Shown: piece by piece, positions 16,457 to 23,613 of the stretch | Position numbering within the stretch: the stretch's first letter is position 1 | Layout: each line of letters opens with the position of its first letter | Source: Thermoanaerobaculia bacterium | GTDB lineage: Bacteria; Acidobacteriota; Thermoanaerobaculia; Gp7-AA8 | Direction of reading: 5' to 3' | DNA: 64,000 nucleotides | Assembly (NCBI GenBank): GCA_035468985.1 | Contig: DATISF010000038.1 | Span: 31,652 to 95,651, forward strand | Translations under genes and position numbers: made by a program | Notes under the pieces: model-generated | The model's database searches: none | The model's input: only the letters and a program-made list of their open reading frames with translations | What the model was told of the DNA's origin: nothing

Positions 16457-17908
16457 ATGCCGGACTTTCGCGACCTGGTCGACCTTGCCGGCGAGCGGCT
16501 CGGCGCAAGCGTCGTCTACGCCAACGACGACTTCTTCGCCGAGAAAGAGAACCTCATCAAAGAGGCGAAGCCCGTCTGGAAAGAACACGAGTACACGGAC
16601 CGCGGCAAGTGGATGGACGGTTGGGAATCGCGCCGCCGACGCACTCCGGGGCACGACTTCGCCATCGTCCGCCTCGGCGCCCGCGGAGTGATCCGCGGCG
16701 TCGTGGTCGATACGAGCTTCTTTCGCGGGAACTTTCCCGAGGCGTGCTCGATCGATGCCGTGGCGCTGGATCCTGACGCGTCGGTCGATGATCTTCTTGT
16801 CGCGAATTGGCAGGCGATCCTTCCGAAGGTCAGCCTGAAGGGCGACTCGGAGAATCTTTTCGCGGTCGACAGCCCGAACGCCAGCGCGCACATCCGACTC
16901 AACATCTACCCCGATGGCGGCGTGGCGCGGCTGCGGATTCACGGCCAGCCCGTTCCCGACTGGCACCACTCCGGCGGCCTCGGCGGCGACGTTGATCTCG
17001 CCGCGGTCGAGAACGGCGGCGAAGTGCTCGCGTGCAGCGACATGTTCTTCGGCCCCAAGAACAACCTGATCATGCCCGGCCGTGCGCGCAACATGAGCGA
17101 CGGATGGGAGACACGCCGCCGCCGCGGGCCCGGACACGACTGGGTCATCGTCAGGCTGGCGGTGGAAGGCATCGTGGACCGTATCGAAGTCGACACGAAT
17201 CACTTCAAGGGCAACTACCCTGACACGGCGTCGATCGATGGATCGATCGATGGCGATTCATGGAGCGAGGTCCTTCCGCGCACGAAGCTTCAACCGCACA
17301 TGCGCCATTTCTTCGTCGAGGAGTTGTCTGCGCGCGGGCCGTTCACACAGCTTCGGCTGAACGTTTTTCCCGACGGCGGGGTGAGCCGGTTGCGCGTATG
17401 GGGAAAAGCGACGGAGAGCGGGCGGCGAGCCGCGGTCGTGCGCCACGTCGACACGCTCGCCGATCCCGATCGCGATCTGCGCAACTGCTGCGCGTCATCG
17501 AAATGGATCGCCATGATGGCCGAGGGACGGCCGTTCACCGACTGGAAAGAGATCATCGCGGCCTCGGACCGCATCTGGTCAGGGCTGAAGCCCGAAGATT
17601 GGATGGAAGCGTTTCGCGCCCATCCGCGCATCGGCGAGAAGCGCGACAGCGTGCGCTGGTCATCGGACGAACAGTCGGGAACCCGCGCCGCGTCGAACGC
17701 CACGATGGACGCACTCGCGAAAGGCAATCGCGAGTACGAAGAGAAATTCGGTCACGTGTTTCTGATCTGCGCGACCGGACGATCCGCCGATGAGATGCTC
17801 GCCACTCTCCGCGAGCGGATGAAGAACGATGCGGCGACGGAAATGCGCATCGCCGCCGAAGAGCAGCGCAAGATCACCGCGCTGCGGCTGGAGAAACTGG
17901 TGCTCTGA
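16457..17908 (+). CDS. bifunctional allantoicase / OHCU decarboxylase (fusion)
   Basis: Two allantoicase repeats (GWESRRRRTPGHD and GWETRRRRGPGHD), followed by OHCU decarboxylase motifs (HPRIGEK, FGHVFLICATGRSADEML). Confidence 0.9.
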   Translation: MPDFRDLVDLAGERLGASVVYANDDFFAEKENLIKEAKPVWKEHEYTDRGKWMDGWESRRRRTPGHDFAIVRLGARGVIRGVVVDTSFFRGNFPEACSIDAVALDPDASVDDLLVANWQAILPKVSLKGDSENLFAVDSPNASAHIRLNIYPDGGVARLRIHGQPVPDWHHSGGLGGDVDLAAVENGGEVLACSDMFFGPKNNLIMPGRARNMSDGWETRRRRGPGHDWVIVRLAVEGIVDRIEVDTNHFKGNYPDTASIDGSIDGDSWSEVLPRTKLQPHMRHFFVEELSARGPFTQLRLNVFPDGGVSRLRVWGKATESGRRAAVVRHVDTLADPDRDLRNCCASSKWIAMMAEGRPFTDWKEIIAASDRIWSGLKPEDWMEAFRAHPRIGEKRDSVRWSSDEQSGTRAASNATMDALAKGNREYEEKFGHVFLICATGRSADEMLATLRERMKNDAATEMRIAAEEQRKITALRLEKLVL

Positions 17909-18231
17909 TGGCCGGCATCACCACCCATGTGCTCGACACCGCAAACGGCCGCCCGGCTTCGGGCGTCGGCGTGACGCTGGCCATCCTTCACGACAACGAG
18001 TGGCGCGAGCTCGCTCACGGAGCAACCGACAACGAGGGACGCCTCCCCACGCTCACCGAAGGAATCGCCCTTCGTCGGGGGACGTATCGATTGACATTCG
18101 CGACCGGCGAGTACAACCAGGGGTTCTTCCCCGAGGTCTCGATCGTTTTCCGTGTCGACGACCCAGCTCAGCATTACCACGTTCCGCTGCTGCTGAGTCC
18201 GTTCGGATATTCAACGTACAGAGGCTCCTAG
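17908..18231 (+). CDS. uraH: 5-hydroxyisourate hydrolase (transthyretin-like)
   Basis: 107 aa with an N-terminal THVLD and the C-terminal YRGS tetrapeptide. The ATG overlaps the upstream TGA. Confidence 0.93.
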   Translation: MAGITTHVLDTANGRPASGVGVTLAILHDNEWRELAHGATDNEGRLPTLTEGIALRRGTYRLTFATGEYNQGFFPEVSIVFRVDDPAQHYHVPLLLSPFGYSTYRGS

Positions 18232-18233
18232 GC

Positions 18234-18416
18234 AGAACCTCTGCGCAAGTCGTTGTTCACGTCATCCTGAGCCGCGAAGACGGCGAAGGATCTCGAAATC
18301 GCAGGCAGGCCCGGGGCCGACTGAGAGTCGGCCCTACGTGATCGCAGGCGTTTTCGCATCCTGAGATCCTTCGTCGCGCTTCGCCGGCTCAGGATGACGA
18401 CTTGTGCAGCGGTTCC
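18234..18416. repeat. MITE/REP-like palindromic element (opposite orientation) carrying a nested GC hairpin at 18313-18340
   Basis: Same terminal and internal arms as 8351-8491. It starts 2-3 nt after the uraH TAG. Confidence 0.85.
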
Positions 18417-18466
18417 CTGACCGGCATCCGCGTTGCTACTCCTAATGATTGAAAGGAGTCGCGAAC

Positions 18467-18706
18467 ATGAACAACACAACTCGCCGTACTCCGGCCGAAG
18501 TGGCCGCGGACGCATCGATCGAGCACACCGGAAAAGGTCTTTTCAACCAGGTCAAGGGCACGGTCAAGCGGCTGTTCGGCAAGAATGTCGAAGGCCGTTA
18601 CGATCAGCTCAAAGGACGCGCGCAGGAGACGCTCGGCCGTTACGAAGCGAAAGAAGCACGACTGGAGAGCAGGGACGACGACGATACGAAGCGTTCGTCA
18701 TCCTGA
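18467..18706 (+). CDS. CsbD-like general stress protein
   Basis: An SD (aaaggag) lies 8 nt upstream of ATG 18467. Contains FNQVKGTVKRLFGKNVEG..DQLKGRAQE repeats. Confidence 0.8.
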   Translation: MNNTTRRTPAEVAADASIEHTGKGLFNQVKGTVKRLFGKNVEGRYDQLKGRAQETLGRYEAKEARLESRDDDDTKRSSS

Positions 18707-18766
18707 ATCGCGCAGACGACGAAGGATCTCGGTCGACGAGATCCTTCGCTTCGCTCAGGATGACGT
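18696..18766. repeat. short hairpin version of the REP family
   Basis: CGTCATCCTGAatcgcgcagacgacGAAGGATCTCggtcgacGAGATCCTTCgcttcgcTCAGGATGACG. It spans the convergent stops of the CsbD-like gene and the 18755 gene. Confidence 0.8.
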
Positions 18767-20074
18767 GTTCGCCCGATCCCGCCGTCCCTTCAGAATCTTC
18801 ACGAATGACCGGCTCCGCAGCTCCGCGAGCGTGAGCCCTGTGGCGAGCGCTTCGTCCTCGCTCAGCGCGCCGCTGTTGATCCCGCGAATGAAGTAGTTGA
18901 GAAGTCCCTGCCCCGTCGCCGCGTCATCGAACACGTCGCCGACAAGGGTGGCCTGCCCCGCCTTCTGCATGAAATTGCGGAGGCGGTCGGTGGCGAGGTC
19001 GAGCCCCTCGAGAAAGAACGCGTAGATTGCCGCGTACCGCGTCGGGAGCTGCGCCGGATGCAGATCCCAACCCTGGTAGTACGCGTGAACGAGCGAATGG
19101 CGGATGTGATCGACGTGCAGACGCCACGCGCGATGAACGGTCGCGACGTCGCCGGGATGAGCCGGGATGGGCATGATGTTCGTCGCGCCGTCGGACAGCC
19201 ACAGTCCCGTTCCGGCGTATGCGATCTGCATCATGTGCCGCGCGAAATCGCACGCCGGGTGATCCATCCGCTGTTCCGATGCCGTGATGTTGCAGCTCGC
19301 CGTGTAGTCGTACGTTCCGAAATGCGCGGCAACCGCACGTCCGCGCGCGGCATCGAGAAACTTCGGCAGATTCGACTCTCCGCGCGCATCGAGGATCGAC
19401 TGCGTCGTCTCGATCATGAATTCGAGGCGGAGCGTCCCCGCGGCGAGACCGAGCCGCGGCTCGATTCGGTCGTAGAGATCGGCCAGGACCGTGACCTGCT
19501 CCGGCAGCTGAATCTTCGGAAGGGTCACGACGAATCCGGACGGCAGCTTCCCTCCCGTCTCCTGCAGCAGCGTGGTCAGGAAAATGTCGAACGTGCGGAT
19601 CGAGCGCCGCATCAGCTCGAGTGTGAACGGCTTGATGCGGATCCCGATAAACGGCGGGAGCGTGCGGTCGCGCATCCCGCGCGCCACCTCGCGCGCCGCC
19701 GCTTCGGCGTGTCCGTCTTCTTCCTCGTCCGGACGATTGCCGTAACCATCTTCGAAATCGATGCGGAAGTCTTCGACCGCCTCCGATTGCAGCTTCCCCG
19801 TGACCCGCCCCCACACCCGTTCCGCGAGCGCCTCGGGTGTCCCGATCGCCGCCGCAAACGTGCGCGCATCGCGGCCGTACTCATGCAGAACACGAAGTGC
19901 GGTCTCGCCGAGCTTCTTCGCCGTATCCGACTTGAAGAGATGCGCGCCGCCGTACACGGTGTGCACAGGCTGACGCTCTCCTGCCGAACCGGGGAAGCGT
20001 TTGTTGAACGGGACGAGCGCGGATTCCAGCGCGCGCGTCGTGCTGGCGATCTCTTTTTCGTCGAGTGTCTTCAA
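18755..20074 (-). CDS. HpcH/HpaI/CitE-like TIM-barrel C-C lyase family protein (tentative)
   Basis: FRIDFEDGYG, LEFMIETTQS and FGTYDYTAS resemble the metal-ligand strands of that superfamily. The TTG start overlaps the puuD-like stop (TTGA). Confidence 0.6.
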   Translation of the reverse strand: MKTLDEKEIASTTRALESALVPFNKRFPGSAGERQPVHTVYGGAHLFKSDTAKKLGETALRVLHEYGRDARTFAAAIGTPEALAERVWGRVTGKLQSEAVEDFRIDFEDGYGNRPDEEEDGHAEAAAREVARGMRDRTLPPFIGIRIKPFTLELMRRSIRTFDIFLTTLLQETGGKLPSGFVVTLPKIQLPEQVTVLADLYDRIEPRLGLAAGTLRLEFMIETTQSILDARGESNLPKFLDAARGRAVAAHFGTYDYTASCNITASEQRMDHPACDFARHMMQIAYAGTGLWLSDGATNIMPIPAHPGDVATVHRAWRLHVDHIRHSLVHAYYQGWDLHPAQLPTRYAAIYAFFLEGLDLATDRLRNFMQKAGQATLVGDVFDDAATGQGLLNYFIRGINSGALSEDEALATGLTLAELRSRSFVKILKGRRDRANTSS

Positions 20075-20850
20075 TGGCTTCTCACGATGTGTGCTGCGAT
20101 CCAGCCGATCACGGTGAGCACACCGAGAACGGCCCAGTTGTATCGGCTTCCGTAGAGCGCGACCGGAAAGTGATTGCCGATCATGATGAGGAGCACGGGC
20201 ATGATCAGAAACGTGTTGTGCTTCGAGCGGTTCTTGGCGCGCTCGCCGAGGCGCTGATCGGGCTCGCCGCCTTCTCTGGCCACGCGGACCATCTGCCGCT
20301 GTGCGGGAAGAATGCGCACCCAGACGTTCGCGGCCATCATCGTTCCCATCGCCGCTCCCACGTGCATGAACGCGGCGCGCGGCGACATCAGCCGGTCGAG
20401 GCCATACGTCGCGGCCATGATCAGCAGCCAGCCGGCGAACATCGCCACGCGGTTGTCACGCGCGAGGACCAGGTCGTAGAGGAACCACGACACGACGAGC
20501 ATCGCCAGTCCGGCTCCGATCGCCTGGGCGTTGTTCAACTTCCCCGGCTCGCCGTCGCTCATCAGGCCGCCGAGGTAGTAGACGATGCCGAGAAGGACGA
20601 ACCCGCTGATCCAGGTCAGCGCCGCCTCCCATTTGAACCAGTGGAGATTGTGCGAGCCCGACGGCTTCGAGAGCTTCTCGACGCGATAGAAGCCGCCGCT
20701 GTGCACCATCCACACTTGATCGGGGTCGGTCGTGTGAAAGCGCCGGTCGAGCCAGGTGAAGTACCAGGTCGCGCCGATCCAGAGGATTCCGGCGAAGACA
20801 TGGAACCATCTCACGCTCAGGTTGAGCCATTCTTGAAGCGTGTAGTTCAT
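20071..20850 (-). CDS. puuD: membrane urate hydroxylase PuuD-like protein (Urate_ox_N-type domain only)
   Basis: WFHVFAGILWIGATWYFTWLD and a multi-TM profile. There is no Cys in the protein, hence no cytochrome c domain. Start moved to ATG 20848-20850. Confidence 0.7.
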   Translation of the reverse strand: MNYTLQEWLNLSVRWFHVFAGILWIGATWYFTWLDRRFHTTDPDQVWMVHSGGFYRVEKLSKPSGSHNLHWFKWEAALTWISGFVLLGIVYYLGGLMSDGEPGKLNNAQAIGAGLAMLVVSWFLYDLVLARDNRVAMFAGWLLIMAATYGLDRLMSPRAAFMHVGAAMGTMMAANVWVRILPAQRQMVRVAREGGEPDQRLGERAKNRSKHNTFLIMPVLLIMIGNHFPVALYGSRYNWAVLGVLTVIGWIAAHIVRSH

Positions 20851-20867
20851 ACGGTCGTGGGTCCCCC

Positions 20868-21623
20868 ATGTTATCGTCACACCCTCCCGTGACGGTACAA
20901 CTCGAGGTTCCGGACAACGTCCGCAAGGTCGTGGACGACGTCGTCGCCGGCGCGCGAGCGGCGTTCGGCGATGCGCTGCGCTCCGTCGTTCTCTACGGAT
21001 CGGCGGCGGAGGGGCGACTGCGTGCGTCATCGGACCTCAATTTGCTCTTCGTGCTCTCGAAGTTCGACGCCGAGCAGGCCAATCCTTTCCGCGAGCTGTT
21101 CCGGTTCGCGCAGTCGGCGATCAACCTGACCTCGATGTTCCTGCTGCAGGACGAGCTCTCGGCGGCGGAGGATGCGTTCGCGCAGAAGTTCGCGGACATC
21201 CGCCGCAGGCACGTCGTTCTCTTCGGCGAAAACCCCTTTCCCGAGAAGGCGATCGCACGCGATGCGATCATTCGCCGCCTCCGGCAGATCCTGCTCAATC
21301 TCTCGATCCGCTCGCGCGAGATGTACGTCTCGCGCAGTCTCCGCGAAGAACAATGTGCAGTGACGGCCGCGGAGATCGCGGGGCCGCTGCGAAGCGCCGC
21401 GTCGACGATCCTCGAGCTGGAGCGCGGCGAGATCGTTCCGCCGAAAGAAGCGCTGTCGAAAGTCGTCCAGGAGCTCGGCCGTCCGGAACTGATCGAGCTT
21501 CTTCCGCATCTCTCCGAGGCGAGGGAGCGGCGGAGTCTTCCGGCGGGACGGGCGGCGGCGATCCTGTTCCAGACCCTCCAGCTCGTGCGGACTCTCTATC
21601 AGAAGTCGCTCACGATCCGATGA
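20868..21623 (+). CDS. Pol-beta-fold nucleotidyltransferase-like protein with degenerate DxD (DLN)
   Basis: VVLYGSAAEG-x8-SSDLNLLFVL, plus a helical C-terminal half. The stop overlaps the next start (ATGA). Confidence 0.7.
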   Translation: MLSSHPPVTVQLEVPDNVRKVVDDVVAGARAAFGDALRSVVLYGSAAEGRLRASSDLNLLFVLSKFDAEQANPFRELFRFAQSAINLTSMFLLQDELSAAEDAFAQKFADIRRRHVVLFGENPFPEKAIARDAIIRRLRQILLNLSIRSREMYVSRSLREEQCAVTAAEIAGPLRSAASTILELERGEIVPPKEALSKVVQELGRPELIELLPHLSEARERRSLPAGRAAAILFQTLQLVRTLYQKSLTIR

Positions 21624-22552
21624 ATCCGTTCAACCTCACCGGCCCGGAGTTCCTCGCGTTCTACGCGATCCTCTCGCTGGTGACGATCGCCGCCGCATGG
21701 TTCATCCGGCGAAGGCAGGAGCTCGAGCTCGCTCGCGATTTGAGCCCGATCAAACGCGGCCTGATCGCATCGCATACGCGCAGCGCCGATTTCACGACGC
21801 CGACGACTGACCCGTATCTGATCGCTTTTCTTCGTGGCGGCAAGAATGAGCTGGTACGAGTGGCCACCGTTTCGCTCATCGATCGCGGCCTGCTGACGAT
21901 CGCCGGCGACACGATCGTGGCCTCGCACACTGGAAATTCGCTGGAAGCGAGAAAAAAGATCGAGCAGGACCTCATCCATTTTTTCCACACGCCCCAGTCC
22001 TACGACGCGGTGTTCTCGACGAGCCTGTTCAACGCCGATGCCACCGAATACGAGTATCAACTGGTGCAGCAGAGATTTCTGCCCGACGACGACATCGACC
22101 AGATCCGCAACACGATCTTCGGCATCGCCGCGGTGATCCTCGGCGGCGTCGCCGCGATCAAGCTGCTGGTCGCGCTGTCGCGCGGCCGGACCAACATCCA
22201 GTTCCTGCTCTTCTTCGGAGTGGGTGCGATCATCCTGCTGCGGAAGGCGGTGTTCGGCCGGCAGACTGCCATCGGCGAGAGGTTTCTCGGCGAGGTCCGG
22301 AATCTCTTTCGTTCGCTCGAGCTTCGCGCCGCGCAGATCCGGCCGGGCGGCTCGACCGGCGACGTCGCGCTCCTCGCCGCGGTCTTCGGAGTCACGGCCC
22401 TCACCGGAGCGGGATTCGCGTGGGCGAAGTCGATCTTCCCGCGGGCACAGACAGGATCGTCGTGGTCATCGTGCGGATCGTCGTGCGGATCGTCCTGCGG
22501 ATCGTCGTGCGGCGGAGGTTGCGGCGGCGGATGTGGAGGGTGCGGCGGATGA
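21620..22552 (+). CDS. polytopic membrane protein with a C-terminal Ser/Cys/Gly repeat tail (TIGR04222-like, from memory)
   Basis: MNPFNLTGPEFLAFYAILSLVTIAAAWFI and further hydrophobic segments. It ends SSWSSCGSSCGSSCGSSCGGGCGGGCGGCGG. There are ATGA overlaps at both ends. Confidence 0.75.
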   Translation: MNPFNLTGPEFLAFYAILSLVTIAAAWFIRRRQELELARDLSPIKRGLIASHTRSADFTTPTTDPYLIAFLRGGKNELVRVATVSLIDRGLLTIAGDTIVASHTGNSLEARKKIEQDLIHFFHTPQSYDAVFSTSLFNADATEYEYQLVQQRFLPDDDIDQIRNTIFGIAAVILGGVAAIKLLVALSRGRTNIQFLLFFGVGAIILLRKAVFGRQTAIGERFLGEVRNLFRSLELRAAQIRPGGSTGDVALLAAVFGVTALTGAGFAWAKSIFPRAQTGSSWSSCGSSCGSSCGSSCGGGCGGGCGGCGG

Positions 22553-23613
22553 GATTCGGCCTGAGCTGGCGTCCGGAGATCGGGTCGGGCATTCTCCGGC
22601 ACCTCGACGAGATCGACGCGGTCGAGATCATGGCGGAGGACTTCGTCGACGCCGATCGAGCGTCGCGCCGCGCGCTCCGCTTTCTCGGCGAGCAGGTGCC
22701 CGTCGTCGTCCACGCGACGACCCTCGGACTGGCATCCACGGAGCCGGCCGCGCGCAAGCGCCTCGACGCGATCGCGCGCGTCATCGAATGGCTGCGGCCG
22801 GAGTTCTGGTCGGAGCATCTGGCATTCGTGCGCGCGGGCGGAAGCGAGATCGGCCATCTCGCCGCGCCGCCGCGGAACGACGAGATGCTCGAAGGTCTCA
22901 CGCACAATGTCGAAGTCGCGCGGGGCGTGATCGGATCGGCTCCACTTCTCGAGAACATCGCCTCGCTCGTCGACCCGCCTTTCAGCACCTACGACGAGGC
23001 CGAGTGGCTCACCGCGGTCACGCGCACCACCGGATCGAAGCTGCTCCTCGACCTTCACAATCTGCACGCGAACGCCACCAACTTCGGATTCGACGCCCAT
23101 TCGGTGATCGCTCGGCTTCCGCACGAGCGCATCGGCGCGATTCACCTCGCCGGCGGAAAACGGATCGAAGGCGATCGCATCCTCGACGATCACCTGCACG
23201 CCGTTCCCGACGAGGTCTACACACTCCTCGGCGAACTCGATGCGGATGCGACGGTGATCATCGAGCGCGACGGGCAGTATCCGGAGTTCGGGGTGTTGCT
23301 TGACGAATTGAGAAGGGCGCGTGCGGTGGAGAAGACACGAGGACAGAGGGATTCGGCGACTTGGGGCGCCGCACTCCGAGGCCACGAGTCCTCGAGTCCT
23401 CAGGTCCTCCCCTTCCTGGCAAAGCTCTACACCGACCCAACGACGAGAGCGCAGTTCCTCGGGAGCCCGTTCGAAACAGCCCGGTGCGCCGGCTTCTCGG
23501 CGCAGGACGCGCGGACGCTCGCCTCCATCGATCTGGAGGCGGTCACACTCGCGGCGCGGAGCTACGAGAAAAAGCGTACTCGGAGATCCGCATCAGGATC
23601 TCTTCACACGTAG
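22549..23613 (+). CDS. DUF692 / multinuclear non-heme iron oxidative enzyme (MNIO)-family protein with a fused ~60-aa C-terminal helical domain
   Basis: MRFGLSWRPEIG, VVVHATTLGLAS, WSEHLAF, LLENIAS, LLLDLHNLHANA, IHLAGG and LDDHLHAVPDEV match the DUF692 TIM-barrel pattern. The tail is FLAKLYTDPTTRAQFLGSPFETARCAGFSAQDARTLASID. Confidence 0.85.
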   Translation: MRFGLSWRPEIGSGILRHLDEIDAVEIMAEDFVDADRASRRALRFLGEQVPVVVHATTLGLASTEPAARKRLDAIARVIEWLRPEFWSEHLAFVRAGGSEIGHLAAPPRNDEMLEGLTHNVEVARGVIGSAPLLENIASLVDPPFSTYDEAEWLTAVTRTTGSKLLLDLHNLHANATNFGFDAHSVIARLPHERIGAIHLAGGKRIEGDRILDDHLHAVPDEVYTLLGELDADATVIIERDGQYPEFGVLLDELRRARAVEKTRGQRDSATWGAALRGHESSSPQVLPFLAKLYTDPTTRAQFLGSPFETARCAGFSAQDARTLASIDLEAVTLAARSYEKKRTRRSASGSLHT

